A stretch of 36,730 bases of DNA. Source: an uncultured Gammaproteobacteria bacterium. GTDB taxonomy: Bacteria > Patescibacteriota > Microgenomatia > Levybacterales > UBA12049. The notes below the pieces were generated by a model that saw nothing but the letters and a program-made list of their open reading frames with translations, ran no database searches and was not told the DNA's origin. Shown here one piece after another: positions 25,380 to 34,218 of this stretch. How positions within the stretch are numbered: position 1 is the first letter of the stretch; every line of letters starts with the position of its first letter. A program made the position numbers and the translations under genes. Where the stretch lies: NCBI GenBank assembly GCA_964364105.1, contig CAYILI010000003.1, forward strand, positions 1-36,730, given 5' to 3'.

Positions 25380-25938
25380 ATAAATTATTTTCTTTTATGT
25401 ATCTTTCTACTTTTTCTGGTACTAAATATTTTATAGTTTTACCGGTTTTTATTCGCGCTCTTATAACAGTTGATGAAAAATTTGCGACCTGAAGAGTAGA
25501 GGATTCTACTAGCTTAAATCCAAGTGGCAAATTTTCTGGTAATTTATAAGGATCTCTGGGAAAAACTAAAAACGTAGCTTCTTTTACTAATTCCTCTGTG
25601 TTTTTCCATCTATCAAATTCTCTAACGATGTCAGATCCCACTACCCAAAAAATCTCTGCATTTGTTTCTTCTTTTAATGCTTTTATGGTATCGATTGAGT
25701 AACTTACGCCTTTTCTTTTTATTTCTATGTCTGAGACTTCCATTCTTTCTTCAAGAACTGACTTAATCATTTCCGTTCTATGTTCTGGACTTGCCTGAAT
25801 AGGCTTCCAGTGGTGTTCATAGGCTGGCACAAAAACAACTTTGTCTATATTTGGATCAAATTCTAAAACCTGTCGGGCAATTAATAAATGGCCCACGTGA
25901 ATAGGATCAAAACGTCCTCCCAAAACTGCTATCCTCAT
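25372..25938 (-). CDS. nadD: Nicotinate-nucleotide adenylyltransferase
   Basis: Motifs GGRFDPIHVGH, SYSIDT, VVGSD and SST.IR; likely start MRIAV at 25938. Confidence 0.93.
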   Translation of the reverse strand: MRIAVLGGRFDPIHVGHLLIARQVLEFDPNIDKVVFVPAYEHHWKPIQASPEHRTEMIKSVLEERMEVSDIEIKRKGVSYSIDTIKALKEETNAEIFWVVGSDIVREFDRWKNTEELVKEATFLVFPRDPYKLPENLPLGFKLVESSTLQVANFSSTVIRARIKTGKTIKYLVPEKVERYIKENNLYV

Positions 25939-25991
25939 TTCGAAAGTATAACACGTCAAGCGGACTAGCTTCAAACTGATATAATAAACGA

Positions 25992-26771
25992 ATGAAAGCT
26001 TGGTTATTTGACGTAGATGGAGTTATTACAAATCCAGAGCTTAAAAAGGCAAATCCCCAAATTATTAAAAAACTTTCCGAAATCCTAGAAAGAGGAGAAA
26101 TCCTGGGTTTTAATACAGGCAGAGCACTTGAGTTCGTAATCGAGGATGTTTTAAAACCACTGAACGTGGCACTCACAAACAAAGAGCTTTTATATAATGT
26201 TTTCTTCGTTGGGGAAATGGGTGGAACATGGGGAGATTATAAAAATGGAAAAATCGAAGATACAATTGACCCTCAAATCACAATTCCTGATGAATTAATC
26301 CAGAAAATTAGAGATCTAATTTCTTTTAAATATTCTGACACTATGTTTTTTGATGAAACCAAAAAAACTATGATTTCTGTCGAACTTATAAAAGGAAAAG
26401 ATTTGGCTCGGTTTCACGAAGAACAAAAAAAACTTATAGAAGATATGAGGAAGATCCTTGAGCATTTAGGTGACGCTAATTTAGTAATTGATCCAAACAT
26501 TATTTCGACAAATATCATAAACTCTCATGTGGGGAAAGACCTAGGAGTCAAAAGATTTCTCATGCTTATTAAAGACCGACCCGAACCTGAAGAATTTGAG
26601 ACATTTGGTGATAACCAAAGCGACTTAGAGATGCATAAATATCTTATTAAAAACGGCCACAAATCGAGATTTATATATGTAGGAGCTAAAGAAATCGAAG
26701 AAGGGAAAAATATAATTAAAACAAAAGCCAAATTCGACAAAGGAACTATAGAATATTTATCAGTAAACTAA
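25992..26771 (+). CDS. HAD-superfamily hydrolase (Cof/IIB-like)
   Basis: Motifs LFDVDGVIT, NTGR, K (GKDLG) and FGDNQSD. Confidence 0.85.
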   Translation: MKAWLFDVDGVITNPELKKANPQIIKKLSEILERGEILGFNTGRALEFVIEDVLKPLNVALTNKELLYNVFFVGEMGGTWGDYKNGKIEDTIDPQITIPDELIQKIRDLISFKYSDTMFFDETKKTMISVELIKGKDLARFHEEQKKLIEDMRKILEHLGDANLVIDPNIISTNIINSHVGKDLGVKRFLMLIKDRPEPEEFETFGDNQSDLEMHKYLIKNGHKSRFIYVGAKEIEEGKNIIKTKAKFDKGTIEYLSVN

Positions 26772-26780
26772 TACTAAATA

Positions 26781-28172
26781 TTATATTTCTGGAAATATAA
26801 TTGTGTCTTTGATATTCTGTCTATCACCCAAAACCATTAACAATCGGTTTATTCCTATTCCAACTCCTGCTGTTGGGGGAACCCCATATCTTAATGCTTT
26901 TACCAAAGGATTGTTTGCATGATTCTGGCCACCTATACCTAATTTATTCTCTAGATCTTGAAGCTCAAGTCTTTGCTGTAGTTCGTCAGGATCTGTTAAA
27001 TTGCTTGAAATGTCAGCAAAACCCATACCAGCAATACACGCCCAGGCTCTCTCAACAATTTTTGGATCATAAGATTTTGCTTTCCCAAGCGGAGCTACTG
27101 ATACAGGAAACTCTTTTAAGAATGTCGGCTGAATCAATCTAGGAACGACTAATCTCTCTATTAACTTACTTATTCCCTGGCTATATGTTAAATTTTCTAT
27201 ATCTATTCCTAATTGCATTGCCCTATCTCTAAGCTGACCTTCAGTCTCTACATCGGTTAAGGAAAAACCACCGTATGTTCTTAGGGCATCATTTACCGTT
27301 ACTTGATCCCAGATTCCAGACAAATCCACAGCATTCCCATCAACGAAAAATTCCATTTTTCCAAATGCCTTAAATGCTGCATTTTTTACCAATACCTCAG
27401 TTAGCAACATCATGTCATCATAATCTGTGTAAGCAGCATATGCTTCAAGAGTTGTGTACTCAGGACTATGCATCCTGTCCATTCCTTCATTGCGAAACGA
27501 CTTTCCAAGCTCATAAACTCTTTCAAATCCACCTGCTATTAATTGGACAAGCTCAACTTCACTAGTGGGACGCATGTACACATCTGAGTCTAAGGAGTTA
27601 TGATGGGCTATAAAAGGACGGGCCTGACCAGATTGAAATCTTCTTCTCAGTACCGGAGTCTCAAATTCTTGAAACCCTAACGAATTTAAATTATCTCTAA
27701 ATGCTCTTACTAGAGTTGAGGCCTGGCTAAAAAATTCCAAAGAATCACCATCAGAAATTAACTGTAATGGAAAATTGTCTCTTCTTTTTCCAACATCTCT
27801 TACCCCATGAAACTTATCAGGATATCTATCTAGAAACTTAGCAACTACATCATGCTCTGATACTAAAATACTCGGCTGCTGGCTTTTTGGTAAAAAAGGG
27901 ACTCCATTTACTCGTAAAATATCTCCAAGCGAGACGCCACTAAGCACTCCTGAAGTAGACTCTTCATCAGCGGGAAATACAGCTTGAACTGTTCCAGTCA
28001 TATCTTTTAAGTCAGCAAATCCAATCGTCTTCATCCTTCGTATACCGGCAACTCTTCCTCTCAACTGGACAGGGCTGGGATTCTGCAGCGAATCTGCGAA
28101 CGCTGCGTTAAAATCTCTCATACTTTGATAAGACTCTTGTTGATCTTGACTCCTTCGACCTAACTCAGGCAT
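26781..28172 (-). CDS. Divergent class II lysyl-tRNA synthetase paralog
   Basis: OB-fold (GRVAGIRR...FADLKD.TG.VQ), motif 1 GFQEFETPVL, motif 2 FRNEG..HSPEY and motif 3 YGVPPTAGVGIGINRL, with an altered ERAW/GMGFADISSNL segment. Start ATG 28172 overlaps the upstream stop (alternative TTG 28193). Confidence 0.85.
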   Translation of the reverse strand: MPELGRRSQDQQESYQSMRDFNAAFADSLQNPSPVQLRGRVAGIRRMKTIGFADLKDMTGTVQAVFPADEESTSGVLSGVSLGDILRVNGVPFLPKSQQPSILVSEHDVVAKFLDRYPDKFHGVRDVGKRRDNFPLQLISDGDSLEFFSQASTLVRAFRDNLNSLGFQEFETPVLRRRFQSGQARPFIAHHNSLDSDVYMRPTSEVELVQLIAGGFERVYELGKSFRNEGMDRMHSPEYTTLEAYAAYTDYDDMMLLTEVLVKNAAFKAFGKMEFFVDGNAVDLSGIWDQVTVNDALRTYGGFSLTDVETEGQLRDRAMQLGIDIENLTYSQGISKLIERLVVPRLIQPTFLKEFPVSVAPLGKAKSYDPKIVERAWACIAGMGFADISSNLTDPDELQQRLELQDLENKLGIGGQNHANNPLVKALRYGVPPTAGVGIGINRLLMVLGDRQNIKDTIIFPEI

Positions 28173-29160
28173 GACTAGACCCGTCCTCTCCAAATAAATA
28201 TCTCATTGGGTTAACATATGACATCGATCTTCTAATTTGATCAGGTAACCTATTGAGTAGAGCCACTTCATCTTCATAGGTAACTTTTACGAGAATTTTT
28301 TTATTTGCATCGTCGGTAACCGTAGTCCACGGTTCATCTGTTCCCCAAAGAACTCTGTCGGGTATTAAATCATAAACTTGAGCTAATACCTCAAGTGGAT
28401 CTTCGTATGCGAGATCTAAAACTTCTCCATCAGTTCTTTGTTGTGCAAAGTGACAGTTAGTAATATGGGGTGCTACATCTACAAAAAGATTTTCTGATCT
28501 TCCCGCTCTTAACCGATTAAAAAAAGTTGCTTCGAAATCACCTGCATGAGCTATGCAAATCCTAAGATCGGGTAATTCTTCAGCAACATCTAGGGCTTGC
28601 TCTGGTCTTGAATATTCATCAGGTCCCGAATGAAACATTACCGGAAGGGAATGATCCTGGGCAAATCTTGCAAAAAGTGATTCAACGAAAGAAGACAGTG
28701 GTGTGTGTGTCGCTAATGAGTGGAACTTGAGGCCAAATAATTGATCCGTTGAGGTAAATTCTCTAAGCAAGTCAATCTGCTCTTCTTCTTTTACTCCAGG
28801 TAAAACATTCGCGAAGGGCATAATTCTATCCCTGCCAAACAATTCTACTTCAGAAAAATGAGCTCTATTTGCGTGTTCATATGGAAACCTTTCCGCAGGC
28901 TCCCGTGAAGGCTCCCAGTTCGCATCAAATGCAACTCCTCTTGCATCAAACCAAAATAGATCACTTGGAGCAGGAAATACCGCTGCATGACTTACACCAT
29001 TTGCATCCATTTTCCTTACCATATCTAAAATTCCTTGAGCTATTGGATACCTTCTTCTTACGATATTTGTGGCATCAAAACCAGCATGAGAATGCGAATC
29101 AATAATTGAAGCATCCGGAGTATTTAATAAAACGCTATAGGCTTTGGCTCTTTCTGTCAT
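28165..29160 (-). CDS. Amidohydrolase-superfamily (Amidohydro_2-like) metal-dependent hydrolase
   Basis: Motifs IIDSHSH, GLKFH, PVMFHSG, IAHAG and VLWGTDEP; likely start MTERAK at 29160. Confidence 0.85.
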   Translation of the reverse strand: MTERAKAYSVLLNTPDASIIDSHSHAGFDATNIVRRRYPIAQGILDMVRKMDANGVSHAAVFPAPSDLFWFDARGVAFDANWEPSREPAERFPYEHANRAHFSEVELFGRDRIMPFANVLPGVKEEEQIDLLREFTSTDQLFGLKFHSLATHTPLSSFVESLFARFAQDHSLPVMFHSGPDEYSRPEQALDVAEELPDLRICIAHAGDFEATFFNRLRAGRSENLFVDVAPHITNCHFAQQRTDGEVLDLAYEDPLEVLAQVYDLIPDRVLWGTDEPWTTVTDDANKKILVKVTYEDEVALLNRLPDQIRRSMSYVNPMRYLFGEDGSSHA

Positions 29161-29163
29161 ACT

Positions 29164-29213
29164 ACTTGTAAAACAAGTTTGGCTAGTATACAATACAGTA
29201 TTAATAAAAACAA
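29164..29213. promoter_or_regulatory. Overlapping divergent promoters with a palindromic operator
   Basis: Plus strand TTGTAA-17-TACAAT (29166-29194); minus strand TTGTTT-17-TATACT; ACTTGT-AAA-ACAAGT at 29164-29178. Confidence 0.55.
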
Positions 29214-29217
29214 TCCT

Positions 29218-30228
29218 ATGAGATATAAACTTTTACTAATCTTATTCGGAATAATTTTAATTGCTGGATTTACAGCGATATATACCAGAAATACTGAAAC
29301 TGAAAAAACCAATAATATAAATATGAAGATTGGGTGGCAAACACCTTGGGCAGTACAAGGTCAATTGACTCAAATACTAAAACACACAGATATTCTTGGC
29401 AACGAAAACATATCCGCAGAATTTAAAGGCTTTACTTTCGGCGCACCCCTAAACGAAGCAGCACTTTCAGGCCATGTTGACGTAATTTTTACCGCAGACC
29501 AGCCAGCAGCAACTCTCCTAAGCAAAAGTTCGGACTGGGAAATTATTGGAAGACTTATGTACAATAGAGTCTCCGTTTACGTCCCCCCGCAATCTCCAAT
29601 AAAAACAGCAGCAGACCTAAGGGGTATGACTGTAGCAATGCCTTTTGGCGCAGCTGCACAAAGATATGCATATAAAATTCAACAAGATTCTGGCTTAAAT
29701 CCTGCGACTGATGTTAATAACATTAACCTGGATATCCTAGAACAAGCATCTCTCGTAAATGATAAAAACGCAGTAAAGTGGGGGAATATCGATGCATTAG
29801 CAGGTTTTGATCCCACACCGGCAATATTTGAAGAAAAAGGATTAAGCAGAAATATAGGCGTAGGACATGTAGTTTCGGTTATTTTAATGTCAAAATCATA
29901 TATAGCAAGCAATCCAGATGCTCCTGAGAAATTTCTAAAAGCTTTTGAAAGCTCTTATGCTTACTATAAAAATAACCAAGCTCAAGCAGATGACTGGTTT
30001 ATTAAAGAATCTAAGCTACAATTGTCACCCAAGGCATTGCAACTATCAGCAAGTCTTGAACCGAATTTAAAAAAGGATAATGAAATAAGAATTTCCTTTA
30101 ATGATAGCGACTATAAAATCATGCAAGAAGCTGCTAATTTCTTGTATTCTCAAAAATTAATAAATAAGCAGGTTAACATGAAAGAACATGTGAATTTAAA
30201 TTATTTAAATAAAATCAAAGGTGAATAA
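29218..30228 (+). CDS. ABC transporter substrate-binding protein (SsuA/TauA/NMT1 family)
   Basis: N-terminal TM, F..GAPLNEA..SGHVD, SPIKT.ADLRG.TVA.P.G and Y...NPD...KFLKA. Confidence 0.88.
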   Translation: MRYKLLLILFGIILIAGFTAIYTRNTETEKTNNINMKIGWQTPWAVQGQLTQILKHTDILGNENISAEFKGFTFGAPLNEAALSGHVDVIFTADQPAATLLSKSSDWEIIGRLMYNRVSVYVPPQSPIKTAADLRGMTVAMPFGAAAQRYAYKIQQDSGLNPATDVNNINLDILEQASLVNDKNAVKWGNIDALAGFDPTPAIFEEKGLSRNIGVGHVVSVILMSKSYIASNPDAPEKFLKAFESSYAYYKNNQAQADDWFIKESKLQLSPKALQLSASLEPNLKKDNEIRISFNDSDYKIMQEAANFLYSQKLINKQVNMKEHVNLNYLNKIKGE

Positions 30229-31349
30229 TGCAAAATTTACTTCTTATTTCACTTGATACAGTAAGAGCCGACGTAGCGTACAGCAAGAAATTTCCAACAA
30301 TAAATAAACTAAGATCGGAAGGGGTTACATTTTTAAACACAGTCTCCTCGTCTCCTCTTACACCTTGTAGCCACACAACAGTTTTTACTGGTCTCCAGCC
30401 TTATAACCATGGAGTGAGGCACTTATTTAGAGAAAGGTTACCAAAAAACATTCCTACATTTACTCAAGCGCTCAAACAAAAAGGCTACAAAACAAAAGCG
30501 ATTGTTTCCTGTCCGGGAATGAATAAATGGTATGGATTCAGCAAGGGATTCAACAGCTATGATGATGAAATCCCAAGATTAGCGGACGGCTCCGATCCAT
30601 TAAAAACAGTGGATGTTAAAAAAAGAGGAACTGCTTTAAAAAGAGCAAAGCTTGTAAGCGAAAAAGCGATTGAGTGGCTAGAGAATAATAAAAAAGAGAA
30701 TTTTTTTCTGTTTATCCATTTTTTTGATGCACACTGGCCCTATGAAGCACCTGAAAAAATTATGGGAGACAATCCCTACGAAGAAGAGGTAGGATATATG
30801 GACCATTACCTGGGAAAAGTTATTGAATATCTTAAGAAGAATAATCTTTTTGATAACACTACTATTATTGCCTTTTCTGATCACGGTGAAGATTTAGACG
30901 GATGGTATCCAAATGACAAGGGAGGATCTAGATTAGGCCATCCAGAGGAGATGGGACACGGATGCCTATTATATCAGCAGACACAAAAAGTTTTATTAAT
31001 TATAAAAGATAAAAACTTACCGTCAAATAAAAACATTAAAAACCAGGTAAGACTTGTCGATGTAAACCCAACAATTCACGATCTAATGAGTCTTAAGCAA
31101 AAACAGAAAAAACTTGACGGCGTTAGTATTCTACCAATCATAAAGGGCTCAAGCTTAAATCTTATCGGATATTCTGAAACCCTATATCCTGAGGAGCTTG
31201 CTAAAAATGACCCAAAATTCAAAAAAATAAAAACAAAAAAATCCATTATCTACAATCAAACTAAGCTCATCTCTGATATATCAGGAAACAATACAGAGGT
31301 GTATGATTTAAATAAAGATCCAAACGAAACGAATAACCTTTTTAAATAA
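30228..31349 (+). CDS. Sulfatase-like alkaline-phosphatase-superfamily hydrolase/transferase (Thr nucleophile)
   Basis: Motifs ISLDTVRAD, SPLTPCSH..FTG, HFFDAHWPY, FSDHGE, GHG and YDL.KDPNE; no CxPxR. Confidence 0.85.
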   Translation: MQNLLLISLDTVRADVAYSKKFPTINKLRSEGVTFLNTVSSSPLTPCSHTTVFTGLQPYNHGVRHLFRERLPKNIPTFTQALKQKGYKTKAIVSCPGMNKWYGFSKGFNSYDDEIPRLADGSDPLKTVDVKKRGTALKRAKLVSEKAIEWLENNKKENFFLFIHFFDAHWPYEAPEKIMGDNPYEEEVGYMDHYLGKVIEYLKKNNLFDNTTIIAFSDHGEDLDGWYPNDKGGSRLGHPEEMGHGCLLYQQTQKVLLIIKDKNLPSNKNIKNQVRLVDVNPTIHDLMSLKQKQKKLDGVSILPIIKGSSLNLIGYSETLYPEELAKNDPKFKKIKTKKSIIYNQTKLISDISGNNTEVYDLNKDPNETNNLFK

Positions 31350-32227
31350 TGGACTTAAATAAAGTAGTTAAATTTCTTGACGGCTTCTTTAACACCAAAC
31401 AATCTGGTCCGGATCTTCCTTTCTCTAGACTTATTCCTAATATATATAATAGTGGTGGAATTAGACTTTCAAATTTCGTATACCCTGATTTTACGAAAAA
31501 TTTTAATGGGCTAATGTTCAAAAACGCCGACCAGGTCGATGATTTTTTTTCCACAGTTTTCCTGTCTCAAGATGCAATTGACCGCATTGCTAACAATGAC
31601 AGTAGGAAACTATTAATTACGCATCACCCCATGGATGATAATACAAGCGAAAAAGGTTTTCTTCCATTAACAGAAGCGTATCTGGATAAAATAATAAAAT
31701 ATAAAATATCAATTTACTCACTACACAATCCTCTTGACCAAAATAAGAATATTTCTTCTTCTAAATCAATCGCAAATGCTCTTTCATTAAATAATTTAGA
31801 ATACTTTATGGATAACGAGGGGGTAGTTGGAGAACTACCAGAATGGTTATCTACAGAAGAACTATTAATAAAAGCTAAAAGTATTTTTGGAATATCTGAC
31901 ATTAAGTCAGTTGAAAAATCAAAAAAGAATAAAAGAATTGCAGTAGTTGCTGGGGGCGGTTCCGAGCCAAGCACCTTAGAAATTATAAGGAACCTAAAAC
32001 CTGACGCATATATAACTGGCGAATATATTAGTAGAATAAAAAATAATTTTGCCGAGAAGGAAAGAGGTAAATTCAATGAACTTTTACCAAGCTTAGACTT
32101 TAGCCTAATAGGCGCTTCTCACTATGCGACAGAAAGCTTAGTGCTTAAGAATGAACTCAAAAAATTACTAGACGATGAGCTTGGGATAAACCTCAAATTT
32201 TTAGATCAGGAGGATTCCTGGTATTAA
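31349..32227 (+). CDS. Nif3/YbgI-like dinuclear metal protein (annotated family 'GTP cyclohydrolase I type 2')
   Basis: Motifs NGL, ITHHP, IYSLHNPLD, IAVVAGGG, YITGE and SHYATE. Confidence 0.85.
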   Translation: MDLNKVVKFLDGFFNTKQSGPDLPFSRLIPNIYNSGGIRLSNFVYPDFTKNFNGLMFKNADQVDDFFSTVFLSQDAIDRIANNDSRKLLITHHPMDDNTSEKGFLPLTEAYLDKIIKYKISIYSLHNPLDQNKNISSSKSIANALSLNNLEYFMDNEGVVGELPEWLSTEELLIKAKSIFGISDIKSVEKSKKNKRIAVVAGGGSEPSTLEIIRNLKPDAYITGEYISRIKNNFAEKERGKFNELLPSLDFSLIGASHYATESLVLKNELKKLLDDELGINLKFLDQEDSWY

Positions 32228-33633
32228 TGAAGAGTAAACCCTATGAAAAAATTATACTCATCTCTCTTGATACACTTAGAGCAGACTGTATTCCGTCTAA
32301 TCCTAATAAACTTTATAAAAATAAATATCAATTAGATATAGAAATCGAAGACTCTATTTTAAATCAAATATCCAAGAGTGGATTTTTCTTTAACAATGCC
32401 GTTTCCGTTGCGCCTTACACTTCAGCATCTCATGCTGCCTACTTTACGGGTAAATGGCCAAAAAATAATGGCTTATATGACCAGTTCAATAGTAAACTAC
32501 GAAACGATGTCAAAACAATTTTTAAGCTTCTTAATGAAAATGGGTATGAAACTATTTTTAAAACAGATTTTCCCTTCATTCTTGGAAAGTATCTAAATTT
32601 AATAAAAGGGGTGGATAAATATTTCATCGAAGATGACAACGCTGCATTATCAAGCATAAAGAAGAATAAAAAACAGCTTGTTTTTTTTCATTTTGGACAA
32701 ATACATTACCCCTATGGTTTCCACAACTTAAAGTATGGAGGAGAAGACTACGTTAAAAAACTAAATCAACTTGAAAAAAAATACAAAATAAAAACAAATG
32801 AAATCAGCTTAGAAGACATGGCAATCGAATCCTTTAGATCTGATAAAGATATAGAAATGCTTTTTCGATATAAAAAAATAATTTCACATTTGTATAAAAA
32901 TAGGCGAGATAGCGAACTCTTCAATCTGTACATTGAGGGAATTAATTATTTTAATAAAAAGAAGCTGAACGGTTTTCTATCAAAGCTTATTGATTTGTTG
33001 AATAAAGAAAATTATCTGATAGTGATCTTTGCTGATCACGGAGAAGCCTGGAACGATAGCGCCTATGGTCATCATAACTCATTAGATGAAGATGTTTTAA
33101 GAGTCCCAATAATTTTCTACTCAAAAGATATAAAACCAAAAACCTACGGAAACAGAATTCGGACAATTGATCTAGCGCCTACAATCGCGGACATTCTTGG
33201 AATAAAAGCTGATTACGATGGGAAAAGCTTGAAAGATATAATTTACAGCGATATTGTTGAAGAGGATAGAGAGGCATTCTCTGCAATTTGGGTAAATGAA
33301 TCCAATGCTGTAATAAAACAGATTAAAAGTTTATTAAAGAAAGATAAAATAAGCTTCAATAAGTCTAAGTCTATTAAATATGGCGCTAGTGTATACAAAA
33401 ATAATTTTAGATACGTTGAGTACTATAAGAAATTTGCAAATAGAAGTGAGGAGCTTATCAACCACAACAGTGAAGCATTGTACAAAAATGGAGAACTAGT
33501 TAGAAAAAAAGACTCAAAGGTTCTAAAAGGACTTAAGGCTAGGATTTCAACTCTAAACAATATTAACACTCAAAGCAATATTTCACCTGAAGAAATAAAA
33601 AGCTATTTAAGATTACAAGGATATAAAGTCTGA
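32227..33633 (+). CDS. Second sulfatase-like alkaline-phosphatase-superfamily protein
   Basis: Motifs ISLDTLRAD, APYTSASH..FTG, IHYPY, FADHGE, GHHNSL, VPIIF and IDLAPTI; C-terminal LRLQGY. Confidence 0.85.
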   Translation: MKSKPYEKIILISLDTLRADCIPSNPNKLYKNKYQLDIEIEDSILNQISKSGFFFNNAVSVAPYTSASHAAYFTGKWPKNNGLYDQFNSKLRNDVKTIFKLLNENGYETIFKTDFPFILGKYLNLIKGVDKYFIEDDNAALSSIKKNKKQLVFFHFGQIHYPYGFHNLKYGGEDYVKKLNQLEKKYKIKTNEISLEDMAIESFRSDKDIEMLFRYKKIISHLYKNRRDSELFNLYIEGINYFNKKKLNGFLSKLIDLLNKENYLIVIFADHGEAWNDSAYGHHNSLDEDVLRVPIIFYSKDIKPKTYGNRIRTIDLAPTIADILGIKADYDGKSLKDIIYSDIVEEDREAFSAIWVNESNAVIKQIKSLLKKDKISFNKSKSIKYGASVYKNNFRYVEYYKKFANRSEELINHNSEALYKNGELVRKKDSKVLKGLKARISTLNNINTQSNISPEEIKSYLRLQGYKV

Positions 33634-33634
33634 T

Positions 33635-34213
33635 ATGTCAATCGTAAGTACAACAAAACTGCAACTAAAATATGGGGAATTTAACGTAAGCTACCATTCA
33701 TCTAAAAAGGGTGAATGCGTTTCATTCTGGCTCGGAGATTTATCAAAAAAAAATCCTGTTATAAGAATCCATTCTGCCTGTCTTTTCGGTGAGGCCTTCT
33801 CCTCCCTTCACTGCGACTGCAATGATCAACTCAATGAGACTCTCAAAGAGATTAAAAGTAATGGAGCCGGGGCAATAATTTATTCGTATTCTGAGGGCAG
33901 AGGAATAGGACTAAGAAAAAAAATTGAAGCAATGGAGATCCAGAGAACGAAAAAGCTAGATACTGTACAAGCTTTTGCCAAACTAGGACTTAAGCCAGAT
34001 CTCAGAGGCTATAATTGTGAAATTAATGCACTAAATGAATTAAGAACTAATAAGTCTATTAAATTAATATCTAATAATCCTAATAAAATAAATTCCTTAG
34101 AAAAAGCAGGTTATAAAATTACTGAAAATATAAAAATAAAAATTAATCTAAATAAATATAACCGGCAAGAGTTATTAATAAAAAAAACAAAAATGGGCTA
34201 CTACATTGACTAA
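33635..34213 (+). CDS. ribA: GTP cyclohydrolase II family protein, Tyr-to-Met variant
   Basis: Motifs RIHSACLFGE.F.S.HCDC..QL, EGRGIGL..KI.AM..Q, D.R.Y and LISNNP.K. Confidence 0.9.
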   Translation: MSIVSTTKLQLKYGEFNVSYHSSKKGECVSFWLGDLSKKNPVIRIHSACLFGEAFSSLHCDCNDQLNETLKEIKSNGAGAIIYSYSEGRGIGLRKKIEAMEIQRTKKLDTVQAFAKLGLKPDLRGYNCEINALNELRTNKSIKLISNNPNKINSLEKAGYKITENIKIKINLNKYNRQELLIKKTKMGYYID

Positions 34214-34218
34214 CAAAG

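Noticed and set aside
26781-28172. EF-P lysyl ligase EpmA/PoxA
   Set aside because: The protein retains the N-terminal OB-fold domain and is too long; no efp or epmB is adjacent.
33635-34213. Riboflavin biosynthesis operon
   Set aside because: No ribD, ribB, ribE, ribH or FMN riboswitch is in the window, and the catalytic Tyr is replaced.
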